NCBI GenBank assembly: GCA_009103225.1
Contig: RHPI01001014.1
Location: 1 to 6,247 of the forward strand
Reading direction: 5' to 3'
Length of the DNA stretch: 6,247 nt
Source of the DNA: Chlorokybus atmophyticus
Lineage: Eukaryota > Plantae > Mesostigma and Chlorokybus algae
This document shows positions 1 through 6,247 of the stretch, one piece after another. The notes under the pieces were generated by a model, which worked only from the letters and a program-made list of their open reading frames with translations, searched no databases and was not told where the DNA came from. Each line of letters starts with the position of its first letter. Within the stretch, counting starts at the first letter, position 1. The position numbers and the translations under genes are program-made.

Positions 1-85
1 GGAAGGTCAACCAAGCACTTGTAAGATGATTATCATGGCTTGAAGATGAGAAGCCTTTACTACACACAAGATCATAGACCTGCCG
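1..85 (+). repeat. Direct terminal repeat, left copy (85 bp)
   Basis: ggaaggtcaacc...atcatagacctgccg at 1-85 is identical base for base to 6163-6247. Confidence 0.98.
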
Positions 86-323
86 TAATTTCACTCGAAT
101 CAATTAGCAAACCTTTCATTCTTGCAAGGCTTAAAACTCTCTTGCCTAGTGTAACACAAGTCTATGCGTACCACACGAGATGATAGACCTTCATTTATTC
201 AAGTCAAGTTAGTTCAACTATAACAATTCTCATTCCTTGCAACAAGAACGTGTTAACCACATCAAGGCTGCTTAATTGGGTTTTTATAATTAAGTTAATG
301 TGGGATGATAACGAAAATTCAAT

Positions 324-925
324 AACTTGGATTGGCTACACTAGCATAGCTCTTATGCATAAAGCAAGGACGAAGCTGAGCAAGATGAGATTTTGTGAGA
401 TAATGGAGCTCTATTAATTCAGATCGGCTGAACTCTTTCAAGATCTTGAAGCTCCGTTACCTTTAATGGGCTGAACTAGCATAGCTCCTACACCTAAAGC
501 AAGGACTGAGCTAATCAAACTGTAAAATCTTGTAAGACACTGAAGCTTTATCAACTCGGATTGGCTAAACTCTTTTAAGATATTAAAGCTCAGTTAACTT
601 GGGTTGACCAACTGGCATAGCTCCTATGCCAGTCACAAGGACTGAACCACGCAAGATGTAAAGTCTTCTGAGATCATGGAGTTCTAGTAACTTGGATTGG
701 CTGACCTTTTAAGATCTTGGAGCTCCTTTAACTTGGGTTGGCTGAACTGTATACCTCGTATGCCTGAAGCTAGGACTGAACTAAGTGAGATGTAAAATCT
801 TGTGAAATCATGGAGCTCTAGTAACTCGGATTGGCTCACCTCTTTCGAGATCTTAGAGCTCCATCAACTTGGATTGGCTGGACTGCATACCTCATATGCC
901 TTGCAATATGGCTAAGCTAAGCAAG
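324..925 (+). repeat. Degenerate tandem repeat array, ~136-bp unit made of alternating ~93-bp (A) and ~43-bp (B) subunits, ~4.4 copies
   Basis: A subunits start at 324, ~459, 596, 730 and 866 (last one partial). B subunits start at 416, 553, 689 and 823. Both begin AACT(T/C)GG(A/G)TTGGCT-like and end AGATC(A/T)TGGAGCTC-like. A-specific core: gcatagctcctatgcc...caaggactgaa...gatgtaaaatcttg. Spacing is 134-137 bp. Confidence 0.93.
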
Positions 926-1242
926 CACCAATGACGAGCTACAACAAGGCAAATTGCATTTGATGCGAGTGAGTACCTATTTGTAATACACGTGTTGGTT
1001 TCATTATCGATAACAAAATCACGACGGTTGCAAGGTAATAATTCCGCCCTCAACTGTCCCAGCGAGGGTGGCTTGCCTTCACACTTGTAGGCTTGGATGG
1101 TTGCACACCAAAAGCACATCAAAGAGTGTGCTTGTGCGTGCACTCCCATGCTTACTTGTACACATGCATGCGTGCATAGCAGCAAGCTTTGCACTTTTCT
1201 TGCATGTGTTGTTACCTACTGCGCTTAGAGCCAGCCTGCTGA

Positions 1243-1666
1243 ATGCATGGCCAATGGATGTGCGGTGCAACCTTCAAGGTGGCAAAAAATGCGCACTTCA
1301 CAACCAGCCACGTGCCTGTTATGATGGTTGAGAGAGTTAATGCAAGGGAGCTGCCATTCTCTGTGTACGATGTATTGCCAATCGCACCCTGCCACACAGC
1401 CGGCAAAGCATTGCAAGTTACTACTACAGTCAGCATACAGCACAATTGTAGTCAGCGTGTGAGCATGCAAGCATGCAATACGCAAAGCAGCAACATGTGC
1501 ACGGATTGCCTATGAAGCAGGGGAGAACATGCGGTATGTTTAACACAGAAATTGTTGAATATGTGCAAGTATTGTAAGTTCTAAGCCAGTGCGCACCAGT
1601 TTGCCTTCCTCAAAGGAGCGGGGAGAGCTTCAAATGCAACTCGACAAGCTTATACTCCATGCATGA
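1243..1666 (+). pseudogene. Possible decayed Myb/SANT-like (Harbinger ORF1-type) N-terminal region, spliced
   Basis: Frame at 1451-1533 reads VSV*ACKHAIRKAATCARIAYEAGENMR. A candidate GT-AG intron at 1534-1599 (GTATGT...CACCAG, 66 bp) removes an in-frame TAA and joins it to LPSSKERGELQMQLDKLILHA* (to 1666). Upstream pieces (QP-FKVAK, ERVNARELPFSV) need frameshifts or an intron at 1365-1451. The family resemblance is by eye only. Confidence 0.3.
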
Positions 1667-1995
1667 AGCTTGAGCCATGCAAATGATGAACAGGCACCGC
1701 TAAGCAGCCGCCAAGTCATATGATAGTCTGTGTGCCCAGGTGGACATGTGCTCCGAGAGACCAAACCTGCTGCAAATGAGCAGCATGACATCAACAATTG
1801 AACTATGCACTTGCCATGCATGTTTAGTGGCACATAGTGCATTGGCAACTTACCCTTTGTTTAACTTGCGCATGCGAGACATAGCCACGAAAGTCAACAG
1901 ACTGCGGTGCACATGGTAGTGTCATGAGCTACTATTTGCAAAGGCAGAGAAACCATATAACAACATGATGGGTTGCAATATGGCTTTAGGAATGC

Positions 1996-2058
1996 ATGCA
2001 GCATTGCAGCAGAGATAATGCCCACCTTGACCACAACCACAACGACGACGACGACGAG

Positions 2059-2089
<31 letters not shown>

Positions 2090-2298
2090 TCAACAGTAGA
2101 GTACTGCCGTCTACAAAAACAGAGGGGAGGCGAGGAGGGACGGAGCGTAGGCGCAAGGAGCCGCACCGGAGCACGAGGAGGAGGCGCATGAGGAAGAGGG
2201 CGTAGGAATGGCAGGCAGCAACGCAGCTGCTGGCGCTCAAGAACAACGTTAACGCCACCATCGTCAGTGGCCTGATGGAGCGGAGAAGGAGAGGATGA
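1996..2298 (+). pseudogene. Low-complexity acidic/basic coding-like fragment, possibly the C-terminal part of the same ORF1-type protein
   Basis: Reads HLDHNHNDDDDETTTTTNNNNN..., then an Arg/Lys-rich ERRRKEPHRSTRRRRMRKRA, TAG at 2203-2205, then in frame EWQAATQLLALKNNVNATIVSGLMERRRRG* (helical-looking). No homology search was run. Confidence 0.28.
2042..2088 (+). repeat. Compound trinucleotide microsatellite (ACG)5-AG-(ACC)5-(AAC)5
   Basis: (ACG)5 at 2042-2056, (ACC)5 at 2059-2073, (AAC)5 at 2074-2088, read directly. Confidence 0.95.
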
Positions 2299-3389
2299 AA
2301 GTGGGACACGCAGGAGCAGGCCACTTCGCTCCTAGCCAGCCTGCCTCAATTCTTAGCGCACTGCCGCCTTCAAGCGTCAAAGCCTGCACTGCCCTCCCCC
2401 CGACGGGCCGCACGAAACGCTACGCAAACCCCAATGGCGCTCTGCTGAATCTGACTGTGCGACGTGAAGCCTTACAACAGGTGCACTTGTCGCAAGTGTA
2501 GGGCAGGCGAAGGAGGCAGCGGCGGCATGTTCGTGGGCGGCAATGTCTGCGAGGGGAACAGCTTGCTGGAGTAAGCAACAGCTAGTGCGTAAGCTGCAAG
2601 CTCGCTTGTATGCTTGGGTGCGGGCATGATGGCTTGCTCGCTGCTTGACAAGCATAAGCTTGTTGCAGCTTCGTGGCTGTTAGCTTGCGCATACTAGTGA
2701 ACTAAGCAGTGCAGGGCAGGCTTATGTTGAGGGCTGACAATTATGCACCGACGCTGAGTTCGCCCATAAAGGCGGACATGCTGATGGTGCTGGCTAGCTG
2801 CCAGATGCTGCGAACTTGAAGGTGAAGGAAGCGCTAGAGTAAGGTGGAAAGCAGCTGGCAGACAGTGTGTGACACATGCGTAAGAAGTAGCAAGTGTTGT
2901 ATTAACACATCAAGCACAATTGTGCATGGCAATCATAACGAAGTAAGCGCTTCCGGCTGTTCATACTTACTGTCTACATTGCATTTACGTTGTTGAGTGC
3001 TCCTCTCTCATGCTTGTATTGCACCCCTGCGCTTGGAGCAAGCTCGTGTGATACTCAAGTCCATTCTGTGGAGGATGCAGTGGTAAGCTGGCTGTTTTCA
3101 TGTTGAAACCACACTTGCTGCTATTGCTGCTGCTGTGGTCGATTGTGACATAATCCTGCCTGCTTAAGGAAGTGTATACGAGCAGAACATACTCACACCA
3201 CCTGACATACACCCCGAGAGCAACCGTTAGGCGGATAGCTGTAAAGAAAGCATGCAGCAGAGCGCCCCGAGAGCAAGAGAAACTTTGCGTGCGGGATGAG
3301 AACCTTCAACAGCTGAAGCACAAGTGCACAGGTCAGTGATGCCATCACTAACCAAGTTGTTTGCTCGGCCAAAAGGAGAGTAGCTCAAG

Positions 3390-3469
3390 ATGCGTGCGCA
3401 TGCACGTGTGTGTCTTATTGTGTTAGGGAGTGCGTTCACACATGTACGCGTCCACGTGCGTGTGCATGC
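3390..3469. repeat. Alternating purine-pyrimidine (RY) low-complexity tracts
   Basis: Perfect RY alternation at 3390-3413 (24 nt), 3437-3451 (15 nt) and 3453-3469 (17 nt). A similar 22-nt tract lies at 1157-1178. Confidence 0.85.
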
Positions 3470-3983
3470 CCATGCGTCCGCATGTAACCTTTGGTCCTAG
3501 ATGCATGCGCATGTATTTTATGAGTGAATGTCCGTCCGTTACCTTTCTAACATATGCTTAACCCGTTGATGTTGCTAGGTGCCACATTAACGATTATGCA
3601 AGTGGGCACCCTGCTGCAGTCGGCAAGCATTGGGCAATGGCTCTGTCCGCTCATTAGACAGACCTCGCCCTTAACGTGATGTCTACTCCCATCGAGACGC
3701 CTTTCGTGCTACCCTACGCTCACACTTGCGCTGTTACATGCAAACCGCTGGCTTCCCCCTATGCGTGTTGGTGAGAGCACCTCACAACATAAAACACACC
3801 CACCCGCGTGCGCACACAGCATTCGGCCGTGTGTGAATGTGTGCCGCATTTTTGGATGGGTACTGCACATTGTTGCACACACAATGTTGCATGCTTATGT
3901 GCCATTTGAGCTGGGCGGACAGCAGGCCAAGCTGGAAAATGCCTTGTCCAAGCGCGCTGCATCACCTTGCTTATGATTAAAAA

Positions 3984-4243
3984 NNNNNNNNNNNNNNNNN
4001 NNNNNNNNNNNNNNNNNNNNNNNNNNNNNNNNNNNNNNNNNNNNNNNNNNNNNNNNNNNNNNNNNNNNNNNNNNNNNNNNNNNNNNNNNNNNNNNNNNNN
4101 NNNNNNNNNNNNNNNNNNNNNNNNNNNNNNNNNNNNNNNNNNNNNNNNNNNNNNNNNNNNNNNNNNNNNNNNNNNNNNNNNNNNNNNNNNNNNNNNNNNN
4201 NNNNNNNNNNNNNNNNNNNNNNNNNNNNNNNNNNNNNNNNNNN
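3984..4243. other. Assembly/scaffold gap (260 N)
   Basis: Run of N characters. The two ORF-track entries spanning it are artefacts. Confidence 1.
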
Positions 4244-4400
4244 TAAATCATATCATATGATTTTGTTATGCATAAGCATGGGATGCTTGTTGCTCTACCT
4301 AGTACCGTGCATGTGCTGCTGCTGTTTAAGCAGCTATCAGCATCCAGTTAGACATGCATCATGGCTATTGGTGCTGCTCCTTTGCGTCTTTGCTGCAGTC

Positions 4401-5382
4401 ATTTACGGGTGGGATAATTGGATTCTTCATTTTAGCGAGGAGAGGTTCAAAAAGCACTTTAGCTTGGAGCGTGCAGTTTCAAGCTGACATGTGAGGCCAT
4501 CCGTGCTAATGTAGAAGTAGAGGACTCTCGTTGGGTCAAGGCTATCAAGCTTAAGTGTACGGTAGTTGCTGTGCTTTAATACCTAGCGACTACAGCTGAC
4601 TTTGCTGGCATCAATGAATTATTTGGCCTTGGTATCTCCACCATTGCTAAAGAGATTCCCATTATGTGCGGGACCATTGTGCAGCACATGATGGCTCATT
4701 ACATCAGATATTCTCTTGATGAGCTGCTTGCATATTGTTCACTTTACAAATGTGCATCATGATGGCTGATCATGCTGCTCATGTTTGATTTTCGGAGGGA
4801 TCTGTGTGGCCTAATACTGTGGGACATCCTGCGGGGGGGGAAAGGGTATTGCGTCCATGCAGTCTGACTTTAAAATGCGTGTCTACACAATGCAACGCCC
4901 TTCAACGGCATGAAGGGCTGCGTTGGACCAGTGGATGGCACCGATGTGGAGATACGAAAAAAAACTAAGAGCTATCGCAATTATAAGAAGTTTTACTCTT
5001 CCAACTGTTTGGTCATCAGTGATGACATATCCAACATCTGAACTTGCATGTTGGCTGTGCTAGCTACAACCATGACTCTACTGTGTTCATCTTTGCACCG
5101 GTCGATCAGTATTTACTGGACCACGAACTTCCATCCATAGGTTACCTGCTTGGAGATGCAGCATACCCTTTGACTGACAAGATCATGACTCCGTATGGCA
5201 ACTACTTGCCTCTTAAGCAACATGTATATAAATGCTGGTGGCGTGACGTGCGGTCGCCTACGCGCATAGCTATCGAACAAATCATGAGGTTGTGGAAGAA
5301 CACATTCATGGCGTGTCCTATTTTACAAGGTGAGTTGACATGGGTTTTGCTAGCAGCAAGCTTGCTCACCAACAATCCATAA
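4401..5382 (+). pseudogene. PIF/Harbinger-superfamily DDE transposase (HARBI1-like, DDE_Tnp_4-type), disrupted
   Basis: Stitched translation: IYGWDNWILHFSEERFKKHFSLERAV / FKLTCEAIRANVEVEDSRWVKAIKLKCTVVAVL*YLATTADFAGINELFGLGISTIAKEIPIMCGTIVQHMMAHYI ... GMKGCVGPVDGTDVEIRKKTKSYRNYKKFYSSNCLVISDD / HIQHLNLHVGCASYNHDSTVF...YLLGDAAYPLTDKIMTPY...RIAIEQIMRLWKNTF...LLAASLLTN. This matches the Harbinger motifs FxxxFR, LxYLAT, FGxGxST, GCxGxxDGT, YNRKxFYS, HDS, LLGDxAYPL..MTPY, RxxIE..F and LHN. Catalytic D is at 4934-4936, D at 5155-5157 and E at 5275-5277. Lesions: frameshift ~4477, TAA 4577-4579, stop-containing interval 4760-4873, frameshift ~5026. Confidence 0.9.
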
Positions 5383-6162
5383 TAGCAGCAATATCATACG
5401 CTACACCTTTACACTCGTACTTGTATCAAGTCGTTACAGCAACTTTGGAGTTTGCGGCACTTGCTTAGGCTATGCCGACATGTTTGTCATAAATGGCAAG
5501 GCCAAACATGTTAATACATTTTCACACGTATGTGCATGGCAAACTTATCAATACATGTCTCAAGAATGAAAAACAAATCTACAGTACAGCGTATTCTACG
5601 TGTCTCATTCGTCATGTGTTGCTTTTTGGCCCTATAATAGATATGCCCCAAAAATAAGAAAACATGATAAACAAGCACACTCTGCATACAAGCTACGGAC
5701 TTTGGGTTACCAAGGATCCAATAAAATAAGCTACAGTGTTCATTGTCAAGTATGAAGCTAAAAGCAAGTAACAAGTATTTTCAACAATTGTGCATTAAAA
5801 TAATAGACCCACAATAACTTAAATTGAATGAACATCTTCAAAGCTCCCACTACTTTATATAAGAAATAAGCTTATTAATGTGATACAACATACACTAGAA
5901 TTTGTGTGTATACTCAAATGCTACAGGCATGCACGCTCTGTCGAACCGGTCGCAGCATGATAGAATTCTGCAGATTGCATGCTATGCAAGTACTACCGGC
6001 ATTAAAAGGGACCTTTGGTAGAGTCCCTACTTAGTGAGACTTGCGTGCGATATTGGTCTTGTGGAAGTTAATGTAATTCTCCAACCTGAAGAGTTACATA
6101 CACCTATTCAAGCTCCCTTGTGATGCTGCACAAGACTATGTTTCAAGACCTTTAATTCAATC

Positions 6163-6247
6163 GGAAGGTCAACCAAGCACTTGTAAGATGATTATCATGG
6201 CTTGAAGATGAGAAGCCTTTACTACACACAAGATCATAGACCTGCCG
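6163..6247 (+). repeat. Direct terminal repeat, right copy (85 bp)
   Basis: Identical to 1-85. Confidence 0.98.

Larger units (their letters stand above)
1243..5382 (+). mobile_element. Degenerate PIF/Harbinger-like DNA transposon body (boundaries undefined)
   Basis: The transposase remnant is solid. Extending the element upstream depends on the weak ORF1-like fragments. No TIR/TSD pair was confirmed. Confidence 0.4.

Noticed and set aside
628-638. GCCAGTCACAA resembles the mPing/Pong TIR
   Set aside because: It is a variant inside one tandem-repeat copy, is not preceded by TAA/TTA, and I saw no inverted partner.
324-925. CRISPR-like repeat/spacer pattern
   Set aside because: The intervening sequences are themselves repeated and alternate between two lengths. 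The repeats are degenerate, there are no cas genes, and the context is eukaryotic.
1133-3440. Possible TIR pair: TTA|GGGAGTGCGTTCACA (3426-3440) and TGTGCGTGCACTCCC (1133-1147), 12/15 inverted, which would bound an element running across the circular junction
   Set aside because: The match is short and in RY low-complexity sequence. The right flank is ATG rather than TTA/TAA, and this pairing would exclude the candidate ORF1. Worth rechecking only against a multi-copy consensus.
892-3976. The many 63-112 aa ORFs in the track, especially the minus-strand ones
   Set aside because: They are Cys/His/Ala/Met-rich products of TGCA/CATG low-complexity DNA or of microsatellites, many use alternative bacterial starts, and none has a recognisable domain.
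3895-4260. ORFs 3895-4251 (-) and 3967-4260 (+)
   Set aside because: They are open only because they run through the N gap.
5330-5439. Intron from AG|GTGAGT at 5330 to TTACAG at 5439
   Set aside because: The unspliced frame gives LLAASLLTN, which fits the Harbinger C-terminal 'ACxxLHN' motif. Splicing gives a short peptide with no motif.
5511-5774. 87-aa minus-strand ORF and an AATAAA at 5720-5725
   Set aside because: AT-rich sequence downstream of the transposase with no domain. A single AATAAA is expected by chance here.
6007-6028. AGGGAC...GTCCCT hairpin as a terminator or Helitron end
   Set aside because: The stem is only 6 bp, with no U-tract and no suitably placed CTRR terminus.
1-6247. 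Autonomous LTR retrotransposon, plasmid or virus
   Set aside because: I recognised no gag/RT/integrase, Rep or capsid motifs, no tRNA-Met PBS and no clear PPT. A non-autonomous LTR origin cannot be excluded from this window alone.

Overview
Eukaryotic, repeat-type DNA with no intact gene. Plant-like splice signals and a strong TGCA/CATG content suggest a methylated land-plant nuclear genome, but that host call is tentative. The first 85 bp are repeated exactly at the end (1-85 = 6163-6247), so the window is one ~6.16-kb circularly assembled or tandemly repeated unit, with a 260-N scaffold gap at 3984-4243. The clearest feature is a + strand PIF/Harbinger-superfamily DDE transposase pseudogene (~4401-5382). 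It has recognisable HTH and DGT/GD/E motifs but is broken by frameshifts and stops. Upstream, fragmentary + strand frames (~1243-2298) may be the decayed Myb/SANT-like partner gene that Harbinger elements normally carry (low confidence). A ~136-bp two-subunit tandem repeat array with palindromic motifs lies at 324-925. Most ORFs in the supplied track look like non-coding noise. No convincing TIRs, LTR signals, RNA genes or CRISPR array were found.
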